Positions 18,892 to 29,282 of a stretch of 64,000 bases of DNA are shown piece by piece. How positions within the stretch are numbered: the stretch's first letter is position 1; every line of letters begins with the position of its first letter. The notes beneath the pieces were generated by a model. The model was given only the letters and a program-made list of their open reading frames with translations, did not search any database and was not told the DNA's origin. The translations under genes were made by a program, and so were the position numbers. The DNA comes from Alphaproteobacteria bacterium (GTDB lineage: Bacteria > Pseudomonadota > Alphaproteobacteria > Bin95): NCBI GenBank assembly GCA_965205265.1, contig CBDBGH010000003.1:1920001-1984000 (forward strand), given 5' to 3'.

Positions 18892-19748
18892 TGGAAACCG
18901 CCCGCTTCCTCCTGCGCAAGCTCGCTGCCGACAGGACGGCGGCGCTGGGCGCGCTCATCATCGTGCTGCTGATCGTCGTCGCCATCGCCGCGCCGGTGCT
19001 CTCCACGCATCCGCAGGACATCTCCGAGTTCAACCCGCCGGGCCGCCTTCAGCCGCCCTCGGCCGAGCATTTCTTCGGTACCGACCGCATGGGTTCGGAT
19101 GTCTATTCGCGCATCCTGTTCGGCGCGCGGATCACCATCGCCATCGCCGTCATCGCCATCGGCGTCAGCGTGCTGATCGGCGTGCCGGTCGGCCTGGTCG
19201 CCGGCTATTACCGCAACTGGATCTCGGATGCGCTCATGCGCATATCCGACATTTTCCTGGCCGTGCCGCAGATCGTGCTCGCCATCGCCATCGCCCAGAC
19301 GCTCGGCCCCTCCATCGAAAATGTCATCCTTGCGCTGTCTGCAACCTACTGGCCCTTCTGGGCGCGGCTCGTCTATGCGGAAACCCGCTCGGCGCTCAAC
19401 GAAACCTATGTGGAAGCGTCCGTCGCGCTCGGCGCCTCGCCCGGACGGGTGATGCTTCTGCATGTCCTTCCCAACATCTCCTCGTCCCTCATCGTCCGCA
19501 CCACGATCGGCATGGGCGGCACCATTCTGACCGCCGCGACGCTCGGCTTCCTCGGCCTCGGCCCCCCGGCGCCCTCGCCGGAATGGGGACGAACCATCGC
19601 CGAGTCCCGCGAATTCCTGCCCGAGGCCTGGTGGTACGCCACGGCGCCGGGCCTCGCCATTTTCCTTGTCGTCATGGGCTTCAACCTGTTCGGTGACGGG
19701 CTGCGCGACATTCTCGACCCCCGCACCCGGCGGTCCTCCGATGGATAA
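18891..19748 (+). CDS. Peptide-type ABC permease (DppC-like)
   Basis: FGTDRMGSD, LGFLGLG, FNLFGDGLRD. Confidence 0.9.
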   Translation: METARFLLRKLAADRTAALGALIIVLLIVVAIAAPVLSTHPQDISEFNPPGRLQPPSAEHFFGTDRMGSDVYSRILFGARITIAIAVIAIGVSVLIGVPVGLVAGYYRNWISDALMRISDIFLAVPQIVLAIAIAQTLGPSIENVILALSATYWPFWARLVYAETRSALNETYVEASVALGASPGRVMLLHVLPNISSSLIVRTTIGMGGTILTAATLGFLGLGPPAPSPEWGRTIAESREFLPEAWWYATAPGLAIFLVVMGFNLFGDGLRDILDPRTRRSSDG

Positions 19749-20763
19749 CCTGCTGACCGTCGCGGACCTGGAAGTGGGCTTCCAGACCGACCGCGGCCTG
19801 GCCCGGGTGCTCGACCGGGTGAATTTCCATGTCGGCCGCGGCGAGATCGTGGGCCTGGTCGGCGAATCGGGCTGCGGGAAGACGACGCTCGCGCGCGCGA
19901 TCCTGGGCGTGCTCCCGGCGAACTCGGCGCGGATCGGCTCGGGCGTCATAGACTTCGCCGGCCGCAACCTGCTGGCGGAAGACCCCCACGCGCTCGCCAC
20001 GCAGGTTCGGGGACGGCAGATCACCTTCGTGCCGCAGGACCCGTTCTCGTCCTTCAACCCCGTTTTCACCATCGGCGCCCAGATCGACGAGCTCATGAAG
20101 TGGAAGTCGCCGGATTCCGAACCCGGTGCCGCCGGCCGTTCTTACTCTCGCGCGCGGCGCCGGTCGGACCGCGACCGCGTTCTCGAACTCCTGCGCATCG
20201 TCCAGCTGCCCGATCCCGAAGGCATACTGAAGAAATACCCGCATGAGGTTTCCGGCGGCCAGCGCCAGCGCCTCATGATCGCCATGGCGTTGCTGCCCGA
20301 GCCGCAACTCATCATCGCCGACGAGCCGACGACCGCGCTCGATGTCACCATCCAGGCCCAGATTCTCAAGCTGCTCAAACGCCTCGCCGCCGAGCGCCGG
20401 GTCTCGATCCTGTTCACGACCCACGATCTCGGTACGGCCTACGAGATTTGCGACCGGGTTACCGTCATGTATGCGGGCCAGGAGGTCGAAAGCGCGCCGT
20501 CGGACGACTTCTTTGCCGCTCCGCGCCACCCCTATACGAAGCGCCTGCTGGAATCCCTGCCCTCCCGCGAGCACGGTATCAGCGGCATTCCCGGCCAGAT
20601 CCCGGCGCTGATCGATCCGCCGACGGGCTGCCGCTTCCATCCGCGCTGCACCCATGCGAGCGAGCGCTGCGCCGCCGCCCGTCCGGATGTGTCGGAGGCG
20701 GGGCCCGCCCACCTTGTCCGCTGCCACCACCCGGTAGGCGTCCTTCGGGAGGCCGTTCCGTGA
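19741..20763 (+). CDS. Peptide-type ABC ATP-binding protein (DppD-like)
   Basis: GESGCGKT, SGGQRQR, DEPTT, C-terminal Cys cluster. Confidence 0.92.
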   Translation: MDNLLTVADLEVGFQTDRGLARVLDRVNFHVGRGEIVGLVGESGCGKTTLARAILGVLPANSARIGSGVIDFAGRNLLAEDPHALATQVRGRQITFVPQDPFSSFNPVFTIGAQIDELMKWKSPDSEPGAAGRSYSRARRRSDRDRVLELLRIVQLPDPEGILKKYPHEVSGGQRQRLMIAMALLPEPQLIIADEPTTALDVTIQAQILKLLKRLAAERRVSILFTTHDLGTAYEICDRVTVMYAGQEVESAPSDDFFAAPRHPYTKRLLESLPSREHGISGIPGQIPALIDPPTGCRFHPRCTHASERCAAARPDVSEAGPAHLVRCHHPVGVLREAVP

Positions 20764-21752
20764 CGGCGCCCGGCCCGGACCTGCTGCAGCTTCAGGGGCT
20801 GCAGAAATATTTCCCGATCCGCGATGTCTGGAAGCGCCGCATCGGCTGGCTGAAGGCCGTGGACGACGTCTCGCTCACGGTCGAGAAGGGCGAGATCCTG
20901 GGCATTGTCGGCGAGTCGGGCTGCGGCAAGTCCACCCTAGGCAAGACGGTGATGGGGATCCACCGCCCGACCGGCGGCCGGATCGTCTTCGAAGGAAACG
21001 ACATCACCGATCTCAAGCCGCACCAGTCGCGCGACCTGCGCCGCGACCTGCAATATACCTACCAGGACCCGGGCGCCTCGCTCGATCCGCGCTGGAAGAT
21101 CGGCAAGGCGCTGGACGAGCCGCTGGTCATACACACCGGTCTCGACAGCGCCGCGCGCCGGGAGCGGGTGCGGGACATTCTCGAGGCTGTCGGCCTTCCG
21201 GAAAGCCATCTCGACCTCTACCCGCACGAAATATCCGGCGGACAGCAGCGCCGGGTGGGCCTTGCCCGCATCCTCACCCTGCAACCGACCCTTATCGTGT
21301 TGGACGAGCCCACTTCCGGGCTCGATGTTTCCGTGCAGGCGACCGTTCTGAACCTCTTCCTCGACCTGCAGAAGCAGTTCGACCTCACCTATGTCTTCAT
21401 CTCGCACGACCTCAGCGTCATCCGGATGATCTGCGACCGCGTCGCCGTGATGTATCTCGGCAAGGTGGTGGAGCTGGGCGCGACGGAGCGGCTGTTCAGC
21501 GCCCCGCGCCACCCCTATACCCGCTCGTTGCTGTCGGCGATCCCCGAGATCGGCAAGCAGCGGATCACCGATACCTTCTGGCTGGAGGGTGAGCCGCCCG
21601 ATCCGGGCAATCTTCCCTCGGGCTGCCGGTTCCGCACGCGTTGCCCGCTCGCCGGGCAGCAGTGCGCGGCCGAGGTTCCGCCCCTGGTCGAACACCTGCC
21701 CGGCCACGCTGACGCCTGCCTGTTTTCCGACCGCGCCGTTCCCGGAGCCTGA
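20760..21752 (+). CDS. Peptide-type ABC ATP-binding protein (DppF-like)
   Basis: GESGCGKST, SGGQQRR, DEPTS, GCRFRTRC. Confidence 0.92.
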   Translation: MTAPGPDLLQLQGLQKYFPIRDVWKRRIGWLKAVDDVSLTVEKGEILGIVGESGCGKSTLGKTVMGIHRPTGGRIVFEGNDITDLKPHQSRDLRRDLQYTYQDPGASLDPRWKIGKALDEPLVIHTGLDSAARRERVRDILEAVGLPESHLDLYPHEISGGQQRRVGLARILTLQPTLIVLDEPTSGLDVSVQATVLNLFLDLQKQFDLTYVFISHDLSVIRMICDRVAVMYLGKVVELGATERLFSAPRHPYTRSLLSAIPEIGKQRITDTFWLEGEPPDPGNLPSGCRFRTRCPLAGQQCAAEVPPLVEHLPGHADACLFSDRAVPGA

Positions 21753-21773
21753 AAGACACCGCTCGACGGGCCG

Positions 21774-22670
21774 TCAGAGGCCGGCCTGCTCCTTGCAATA
21801 GCGGGCGACTTCGGCGTGGGTCGCGAACCAGACGCCCGGTTTCGTGCGGATATGCTGCACCAGTTCGTCCAGCACCTGGATGCGCGAGCGGTGGCCGATG
21901 AAGTGCGGGTGCATGGTCAGCAGGAACAGCCCCTCCTCCTCCCAGGCGCCGTCGAACTCGCGCCTGAACACCTCCAGCACGCCTCCGGGCGGCGTGTAGG
22001 GGCGCAGGCCCGAGAAGCGGTCCATCGACCAGTAGGGCGCGTCGTCGCGGATCCACTCCACGGGCAGCTCGACCACGCCGGTCGGCTCGTTGTCCTCCAG
22101 CAGCTCATAGGGCTCGTCGTCGGCCATGAGCGAGGAGTCGTAAAGCAGGCCCATCTCGCGCGTGATCGCGAGCGTGTGCTCGGAGAAGTCCCAGGACGGC
22201 GTGCGGATGCCGACCGGGCGGACGCCGCAAATTTCCTCCAGCTTGTCGGCGGCGCGCATCTGCAGGTCGCGCTCGTCCGCCGGCGGGAGCGCGGAGTTGA
22301 GCTCGTGAATCCAGGAATGGATGCCGATCTCATGCCCCTCCGCGACCACCCGGCGCTGCTCGTCGGGATGCAGCATGGCGACCACCGCCGGCACGAAGAA
22401 GGTCGCCGGCACGCCGTAGCGTTCCAGCAAATTGAGGATCCTGGGCACGCCGGCGCGCGCGCCGTATTGGCCCTGGCTCAGCTTGCCGGGCGAGCTCTGG
22501 GCCCAGCGCAGGGTCTGCGTCTCGTGGTCGGAGTCGAAGGAGAGCGCGACCGCGCAGCGCGCCCCGCCGGGCCATGACGCGGGCTTGAGCGAGCGGCCGG
22601 CCCGCACCTTCTCCACGATCGGCCGCCAGTCGGCCTCCTTCCATCTCCAGGCTTCCGGCTGGTCCGGCAC
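21774..22670 (-). CDS. Polysaccharide deacetylase family protein (CE4, PuuE/PgdA-like)
   Basis: WPGGARCAVALSFD, ATFFVP, HEIGIHSWIH, YDSS, TMHP. Confidence 0.85.
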   Translation of the reverse strand: MPDQPEAWRWKEADWRPIVEKVRAGRSLKPASWPGGARCAVALSFDSDHETQTLRWAQSSPGKLSQGQYGARAGVPRILNLLERYGVPATFFVPAVVAMLHPDEQRRVVAEGHEIGIHSWIHELNSALPPADERDLQMRAADKLEEICGVRPVGIRTPSWDFSEHTLAITREMGLLYDSSLMADDEPYELLEDNEPTGVVELPVEWIRDDAPYWSMDRFSGLRPYTPPGGVLEVFRREFDGAWEEEGLFLLTMHPHFIGHRSRIQVLDELVQHIRTKPGVWFATHAEVARYCKEQAGL

Positions 22671-22690
22671 ACCGGTCCCTCTATGCTTGC

Positions 22691-24574
22691 TCACCGCGGG
22701 TCTCCTCCGCTTTCCTGCTTCGCGCCGGAGGAGCATAGCATCGCCGGCGCCGTCTCCTCATGCCGGCGCCGTTCGGGCAGGGTTTCCTCCTGGCGATCCT
22801 CGTCGGCGTCGTAGTAGCGCCCCCGGTGAAACATCTTGGCGGGTCTCGGCATGGCTGCGCGGCGGGCAAGGGTGGCTTCGAGGTTCACCCGGTCGCCGGC
22901 AAGGATCACGCCGTAGTCGCGGGCGGCGGCTTCCTCGGAGACGAAGCCGTCCAGAATGTCCGCCAGCACATCCTCGGCCGGCCTGTCGGCAGGGTTGCCC
23001 CAGCCTCCGCCGCCGGGAGTGATGATGCGGACCAGATCGCCTTTCCTCAGGCGAATGCCGTCGCCCATGGTCGGGATATCCCTCGCCTCGGGGCCGTCAG
23101 GGTTGACGACGACCCGGCCCGGCGATCCCGCCAGCCCGCCATGGACCCCGAACGCCGGCTGGCGGCAATTGTCGAGCCGGATGCCGAAACGGGCCTCGTC
23201 CGACAACACGCGGACATCCCGGACGATGCCGCAGCCGCCACGCCAGCGTCCGGCCCCGCCGCTGTCCCGGTGGATGCCGAATGCTTCGATTTCGACGCCG
23301 AACTCCATCTCTGCGAATTCGATGGGGTAGTTTTCCTGGGCCACGTAATAGACCGCGTCGATGCCGTCGGCGAAGGTGCGCGCGCCGAAACCGACAGAGA
23401 GTCCCTCGATGCATAGCGGCTCTGTGCCGTCGGCATTCCTGCCGCGCAGATAGTAGAGCACGTAAACGGAGGGCGCCGCCGAGGCCTGCCCGCCCGTCGC
23501 CTGTGCAAGCGTGCCGAACAGCGCGCTGGTGACGCGGATCATGGTGTGCGACCGCAGGCCCAGAGGGGCCGGGAACCGGGGCGCGACCAGCGTGCCCGGT
23601 TTCCTGACGACGCTCTCGACCGCGCGCTCGAAACCGCCGTTCATGCCGATGCCGGGCCGGTCCATGCACATCCAGAGGCCCAGCATGAATTTCGGCACCG
23701 AATCGTCCATAAGGAAGTTGATCGGCCCGTCGGCCTGGCGGTCGGACGCCGAGAAATCCATCTCGAGAGCGCCGTTCCTCTTCCGCAAGACCAGGTCGAC
23801 AAAATAGGAGCGCTCGGTCACCGCGTCCGAGTCGATGCGGTCGCGAAAGGCATACTCGCCGTCGGGAATGCGGTCGGCGATCTCCCTGCGGAGCGCGCTT
23901 TCGTTCTCCGCCAGCATTGCCTCGAACGCGGCCTCGACCACCTCCACGCCGTGGCGCTCAACCGTCTCGGTCAGGCGGCGGGCGCCGAGGCGGCAGGCGG
24001 CCATGATGGCCTGGAGGTCGCCCCTCAGCATGTCCGGGAAGCGTGAATTGCGCATGAAAATGCGCACGACTTCACGGTTCTCGACGCCTTCGCGCACGAC
24101 CCGCACCGGAGGTATCATGATGCCCTCCTGGAAGACGGACACCGCATGCGGGCTGATCGAGCCCGGGACCGAGCCGCCGATATCCCAGAGGTGGCCCCAG
24201 GCCTCCGCGAAGGCGAACAACCGGCCCTCATGGAAGACGGGCATGACGAAAACCATGTCGGGCAGATGGCTGACGGCGCCGCCCGTCCCGTAGGCGTCGT
24301 TGTACCAGTAGAGGTCGCCGGGCCGCATGGTCCGGGCCGGATATTCTTCCAGAATCGCATCGACGAGATTGCCGGCCAGCGTGAGCGAGGTGGAGACCAC
24401 GAGCTCGCCGTCGCGGTTCAGGAAGGCGGTGAAGTAATCCTTCTTCTCGCGGATGAAGGGCGACATGGCGGAGCGCGCGATCAGGGCCTCCATTTCCGAG
24501 CGGGCCCCGTTGAGCGCGCCCTTGATGAGCTCCAGGGTGAAGCGGTTGGGCGCCGGAAGGGTATCGGACGTCAC
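22691..24574 (-). CDS. Hydantoinase B / oxoprolinase family protein
   Basis: SPFIREKKD, NDAY..GG..HLPD, HLWDIGG, DSGGAGRWRGG, TPGGGGWG. Confidence 0.9.
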   Translation of the reverse strand: MTSDTLPAPNRFTLELIKGALNGARSEMEALIARSAMSPFIREKKDYFTAFLNRDGELVVSTSLTLAGNLVDAILEEYPARTMRPGDLYWYNDAYGTGGAVSHLPDMVFVMPVFHEGRLFAFAEAWGHLWDIGGSVPGSISPHAVSVFQEGIMIPPVRVVREGVENREVVRIFMRNSRFPDMLRGDLQAIMAACRLGARRLTETVERHGVEVVEAAFEAMLAENESALRREIADRIPDGEYAFRDRIDSDAVTERSYFVDLVLRKRNGALEMDFSASDRQADGPINFLMDDSVPKFMLGLWMCMDRPGIGMNGGFERAVESVVRKPGTLVAPRFPAPLGLRSHTMIRVTSALFGTLAQATGGQASAAPSVYVLYYLRGRNADGTEPLCIEGLSVGFGARTFADGIDAVYYVAQENYPIEFAEMEFGVEIEAFGIHRDSGGAGRWRGGCGIVRDVRVLSDEARFGIRLDNCRQPAFGVHGGLAGSPGRVVVNPDGPEARDIPTMGDGIRLRKGDLVRIITPGGGGWGNPADRPAEDVLADILDGFVSEEAAARDYGVILAGDRVNLEATLARRAAMPRPAKMFHRGRYYDADEDRQEETLPERRRHEETAPAMLCSSGAKQESGGDPR

Positions 24575-26631
24575 AAGCTGCCCTCCGAGACGACGAGATT
24601 GCCGAAGCGGTCGGTGAGCGCAATTTGACCGGGAAGAAGGACGGTCGTCGAATCGAGCTGTTCCACGATAGCCGGGCCCTCGATGCAGTGGCCGGCAAGC
24701 AGGCTCTCGCGGCGATAGATGGGCGTGGGCCGCAACATGTCGTCGCCGGCAACGCAGGCGGGGCGCTCGCTGGACGGCTCGGGGCGTTCGCCCGGGGCAG
24801 CAGGCAATTCCGGCAGGTCGAATTTGTCCGTGAGCCCTGTAGCCTCGACCCGCTGGTTGACGATCTCGACCGGCGCCTCGGGCTCGCAGAAGGTGTAGAG
24901 CCGCTCGTGGAGCGCATGGAAGTCGGCGATGAGCGCAGTCAGGGCGCCTTCCGTGACCGGGCTGCTGCACGGGACGGTCAACTCCACCCCCTGCTTTTCG
25001 TAGCGCATGTCGGCCGACCGGTGGAACCGGCGGCGCTCGGGTGGAATGCCGTTGGCTTCGAGGCGGCCTTCGGCCTCATGCGTCAGTTCCGCGAAAACCG
25101 CCTCGGTGGCGGCGGCATCGAAGGCGCCGGCGCGCTGCAGACGCGTGACGGCGAAATCGTACCGAAGGTCCGTCGCCAGCAGGCCGATGGCGCAGAGAAT
25201 GCCGGGAAAGCGCGGCACAAGCAGGCTCGCCGCGTTCAGTTCGCGCATGAGTTCCGCGCCGTGGACGGGGCCCGCGCCGCCGAAGGCAGCGAGCGCAAAA
25301 TCGCGGGGGTCGAGGCCTCGTTCGACCGACATGATCTTCAACGCCCCGGTCATGTTGGCGTTGACCAGATCGACGATTCCCCGCGCGGCCGGCAGGACAT
25401 CCATGCCGAGCGGCTCCGCGGCATGCCTGCGTATGGCCGCCGCGGCGGCTTCGGGAGCCAGCGCGACCTCGCCGTCGAGCAGGGCGGACGGGATGCGGCC
25501 GAGTACGAGATTGGCGTCGGAAACGGTGGCCCGCTCGCCCCCCTTGCCGTAGCAGGCGGGCCCCGGATCGGCGCCGGCGCTTTCGGGGCCGACGCGAATC
25601 GCGCCCTGTTCGGTCACGGTCGCGACGGACCCGCCGCCAGCGCCGATGGTGTGGATATCGATCATCGGGAAGGCGAGCGGGTGGTCGCCGACCCGGCCCG
25701 CGGTCGAAAGGGCGGGTTGGCCGTTCCGGACAAGCGCGACATCGGCGCTGGTGCCGCCCATGTCGATGGTCAGGAGATCGTCGATCCCGGCGGCCCGCCC
25801 AAGCCAGGCTGCCCCCAGAGCGCCGGCGGCCGGTCCGGAAAGCGCAAGATGCACGGCGCCGCGCGCGGCTTCCCGGGGCAGGCAGGCGCCGCCGTTCGAT
25901 TTCATCAGCAATAGCGGCGCTTCTATGGCGCGGCGGCCGAGCCCCTCGGAAAGCCGCCCGATATAATGCCGGACCACCGGTTGCACCGAAGCGTTCAAGG
26001 CTGTCGCCACGGTGCGTTCATATTCCCGGAAGACCGGAAGAACATCGGCCGACAGGGAGACTTCGACGTCCGGAAGGATTGAGCGAAGAATCTCGCCTGC
26101 CCGGCGCTCATGGGCCTGGTTGGCGTAAGAGTGAAGCAGCACTACCGCAACCGCCTCGAGGCGGGCGGCGCGAATGGCCTCCGCGGCAGCCTCGACCGCC
26201 GCCTCGTCCAGCGGCGCCGCTACGGTGCCGTCGATGCGGATCCGGCCCGGCACCTCGAAGATGAAACGGGGCTGGACCGGCCGTTTGGGCTTCACCCAGG
26301 AAAAGAGATTGGCCGCGCGCGGGATTTCCGCCCGCCCGATTTCCAGCACATGGCGGAACCCCTTCGTAGTGACAAGGCCGGTCCGGACGCCCTTTCCCTC
26401 CAGGATCGCGTTGGTGACGATGGTCGAGCCGTGCAGGACGGTCGCCACTTCCGCCGCGCCGACGCCGGACCGGTCGAGCATCCTGTCCACTCCGGCGAAG
26501 AAGCCGTCGGCAGGGGCGCTCGGCACGGAGGGCGACTTTGCGACATGAAGCGCGCCGCCGGCGCGGTCCGCCAGGATGACGTCCGTGAAAGTGCCTCCCA
26601 CATCGAGGCTCAGCGCATAGCGTGCGGTCAT
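24571..26631 (-). CDS. Hydantoinase A / oxoprolinase family protein
   Basis: DVGGTFTD, SGPAAG, DMGGTS, IGAGGGS, AFGGAGP. Confidence 0.92.
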   Translation of the reverse strand: MTARYALSLDVGGTFTDVILADRAGGALHVAKSPSVPSAPADGFFAGVDRMLDRSGVGAAEVATVLHGSTIVTNAILEGKGVRTGLVTTKGFRHVLEIGRAEIPRAANLFSWVKPKRPVQPRFIFEVPGRIRIDGTVAAPLDEAAVEAAAEAIRAARLEAVAVVLLHSYANQAHERRAGEILRSILPDVEVSLSADVLPVFREYERTVATALNASVQPVVRHYIGRLSEGLGRRAIEAPLLLMKSNGGACLPREAARGAVHLALSGPAAGALGAAWLGRAAGIDDLLTIDMGGTSADVALVRNGQPALSTAGRVGDHPLAFPMIDIHTIGAGGGSVATVTEQGAIRVGPESAGADPGPACYGKGGERATVSDANLVLGRIPSALLDGEVALAPEAAAAAIRRHAAEPLGMDVLPAARGIVDLVNANMTGALKIMSVERGLDPRDFALAAFGGAGPVHGAELMRELNAASLLVPRFPGILCAIGLLATDLRYDFAVTRLQRAGAFDAAATEAVFAELTHEAEGRLEANGIPPERRRFHRSADMRYEKQGVELTVPCSSPVTEGALTALIADFHALHERLYTFCEPEAPVEIVNQRVEATGLTDKFDLPELPAAPGERPEPSSERPACVAGDDMLRPTPIYRRESLLAGHCIEGPAIVEQLDSTTVLLPGQIALTDRFGNLVVSEGSL

Positions 26632-27377
26632 GGGCCGCCCATCACCGGCAGCGTCTGGCCGGTGATCCAGCCGGCCCGGTCGGACGCCAGGAACAGCACG
26701 GCATGGGCGATGTCCTCCGGCCTTCCGAGCCGGCGCATGGCGATGCCCTCGACGATTGCCGCCTGCTCTTCCGGGCTGCGCGCTTCCCACTGCCGGACAT
26801 AGTCGGGCGAGGTCTGGGGCATCAGGCCGGGCGCCACCGTGTTGACGGTAATTCCGAAGGGCCCGAGTTCGGAAGCGAGCTGGCGCGCCAGCCCGATCTG
26901 CGCCGTCTTCGCCGTGCCGTATGAGTGGATGCCGGTGCGCGAGACGCGGAGACCTGCCCCGGACGAGATCAGCACGATCCGGCCCTCGCCCTTCGCCTTC
27001 ATGCCGGGCGCGACCGCGCGCGCCACATGGAAGGCGCCATCGACATTCACCGCCTGAATGGCGCGCCAATCTTCGTCGGTCACTTCCTCCAGCGGGCCGG
27101 CCGTGCGGCCGCGCACGCCGCCGGCGGCGTGGACGGCGATATCGACCGGGCCGATCCGGGCGATGAGCGCATCGACGGCTGCGGACTCGGTGACATCGAG
27201 GCCATGGGCCTCGACCGGGAACCCGGCCGTCGCGGCGGTCTCGCGCACCAGTTCGCTTTCGATGTCCGCGGCGTGAACCTCCGCCCGCTCGGCGGCGAAG
27301 GCGTGGGCGATAGCGCGGCCGATGCCACGCGCTGCGCCGGTCACGAGGACGCGCCTGCCAGGAAACGAAATCTCCAT
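26628..27377 (-). CDS. SDR-family oxidoreductase
   Basis: TGAARGIG, YGTAK. Confidence 0.88.
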   Translation of the reverse strand: MEISFPGRRVLVTGAARGIGRAIAHAFAAERAEVHAADIESELVRETAATAGFPVEAHGLDVTESAAVDALIARIGPVDIAVHAAGGVRGRTAGPLEEVTDEDWRAIQAVNVDGAFHVARAVAPGMKAKGEGRIVLISSGAGLRVSRTGIHSYGTAKTAQIGLARQLASELGPFGITVNTVAPGLMPQTSPDYVRQWEARSPEEQAAIVEGIAMRRLGRPEDIAHAVLFLASDRAGWITGQTLPVMGGP

Positions 27378-27880
27378 ACGATCAGCCCCGCGCCGCCCCG
27401 ATCTGCATTCCTGCAGGCTACGCCCGAATCCACGCTGCCCATTCTAACTATTTGAGCTAGCGTTGTTTTCCAGAAATTTACAACTGGGGAACCGGATTGT
27501 AACCGCTGGTTCCCTGGCTGCAACTGTAGCCGGGAGAAATCGCATGCCCGGAACCACCCTCACCGGGGCCCGGAGCCGAAGCGCCGATGGCGATCGGCAC
27601 AGCGCCCCGGCCGACCCCCGTCCCGCCGGAAACCGAGGACGACACGTCTTCGATACCGCTCGGCCGCGAAGGCAAACTCAAACGCTTCCCGGCCGCCGGC
27701 AACTACACCGTCGGCGAAACCCAGGCCGTCATCGACAGCGCCCGCGCGATGATCGTGCCGCCCCCGCAGCTGCCAACCCGGCGGTGCGGCATAGTGTCAT
27801 GCCTCTCCCCATTATCACGGCATCTTGCCCCTCTCCCTGACTGCCGCACTTTTGGAAGACAGGGAAATGCCCGTCCCCTG

Positions 27881-28490
27881 TAGAGCGCCCTTGCAAACCA
27901 CTTCGGTCTGCTTTTGACGTTCTTCCGGTAGGGGATGACGGTCAGGGAGCCTTTTCCCGGACGCGTTGGCGGTTTCTGGCGCTGTCATAGGTCTTGTCTT
28001 CGACGATGACGCGGGGCCGGACATCGGGGCCGAGACCCATCGAGGTCTCGAAATGCGGGCTGTCCGCCGCTGGGCCGCCGGTCAGATCGAAAGCGACCGG
28101 CAAGCCGTCGAAATCCGTCTTCAGGTGGACCTTCGTGCTGAAACCGTCCCGCGAGCGTCCGAGCGCCCGGCCCCGTTGCCCCCTTTTGCGCCCGCCGCCG
28201 ATGCATGTGCGCCGTACCGCTCGAACCCGCCAGCGTGGCGAAAAACTCCTCGAACACCCCAGACCGGCTCAGGCGGCGAAAGCGCCGCCAGAAACAGGCG
28301 GTTGCGCTTCGCCTTCGCTCCTCGCCGCGGAAGGCAAAGCCGGAATACCTCCAGCGTCACCTCCCAGTCCGCCTCCGTCATCCGCGTCGACATCGCCAAA
28401 CTCGACGAAGCGTCGACGTCTCATGAATCATACAAATCCCCGGACGGGAATCCCAAATCGCATAGCTGAGCCAATCCGTCCACAGGACCC
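27881..28490 (-). pseudogene. Degenerate IS5-family (IS427-like) element with internally deleted, frameshifted transposase; boundaries approximate
   Basis: Fragments MTEADWEVTLEVFR..., RLSRSGVFEEFF, AHASAAGAKGG, GRSRDGFSTKVHL...FDLTGG, DKTYDS in different frames. Confidence 0.7.
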
Positions 28491-28497
28491 GGTAAAG

Positions 28498-28589
28498 TGG
28501 CGGACAGGGAGGGATTCGAACCCTCGGTACGCCTGTTGACGTACGACGGATTAGCAATCCGCTGGTTTAAGCCACTCACCCACCTGTCC
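28498..28589 (-). tRNA. tRNA-Ser (GCT)
   Basis: GGACAGG acceptor, anticodon arm GCGGA-TTGCTAA-TCCGT, long variable arm, GTTCGAATC T-loop, encoded CCA. Confidence 0.96.
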
Positions 28590-28727
28590 CGAAAGCCGGC
28601 GAGACTTACAGAATCCGCGCCCCCGGCGTCAACGCCCAAGCGGGAATGAGAAACCGTCCGGGCGGTCTTCGAACCGGGTCGCGGGATATGCTACACTCAG
28701 TCTGGCGCCAACCCCGCGAGAAGCTTA

Positions 28728-29258
28728 ATGATGCGTTCCTGTCTTATCGCCGCCGCCATCGCGGCGCTACTTGCCGGCTGCGGCGATAGCAAGATAGAGC
28801 ACGACTATCCCGATCCGCTGTATCGGCACCTGCCGGGAAGCCAGGGCCAATCCTACCTCCCGAAGGAAGGCGCGCAGGGAATCTTCGGGGAAGGCGGCAT
28901 CAATCTTCTTGGAGGAGAGGGGCAACAAGGCGGCGGTTCGGGGATCGGCGTCAACAGTTTCCTGTGGCGCGCTTCGCTCGACACGCTGTCCTTCATGCCG
29001 CTGGCCTCGGCGGACCCCTTTGGCGGCGTCATCATCACGGAGTGGTTCGCACCGCCCGAAACGCCGGACGAACGCTTCAAGGTCACGGTGTATATCCTCG
29101 ACAGGCAGCTTCGGGCCCACGGCCTGAAGGTCGCGGTATTCCGCCAGGAAAGGAGCGGCGCCGGCTGGGTCGATGCGGCGGTGGACAGCGCCACGCACAC
29201 TGAAATCGAGAACAACATCCTGGTCCGGGCGAGAGAACTGCGCATCGCCAGCCTGTAG
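28728..29258 (+). CDS. DUF3576-like lipoprotein
   Basis: Lipobox LAGC; GVNSFLWRASLDTLSFMPLASADPFGGVIITEW; usual neighbour of leuS in Alphaproteobacteria. Confidence 0.8.
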   Translation: MMRSCLIAAAIAALLAGCGDSKIEHDYPDPLYRHLPGSQGQSYLPKEGAQGIFGEGGINLLGGEGQQGGGSGIGVNSFLWRASLDTLSFMPLASADPFGGVIITEWFAPPETPDERFKVTVYILDRQLRAHGLKVAVFRQERSGAGWVDAAVDSATHTEIENNILVRARELRIASL

Positions 29259-29282
29259 CATCCGGGGATACGGAGCGCCTTC

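Noticed and set aside
28498-28525. att-site duplication of the tRNA-Ser 3' end defining an integrative island
   Set aside because: No second copy found by eye and no integrase in the window
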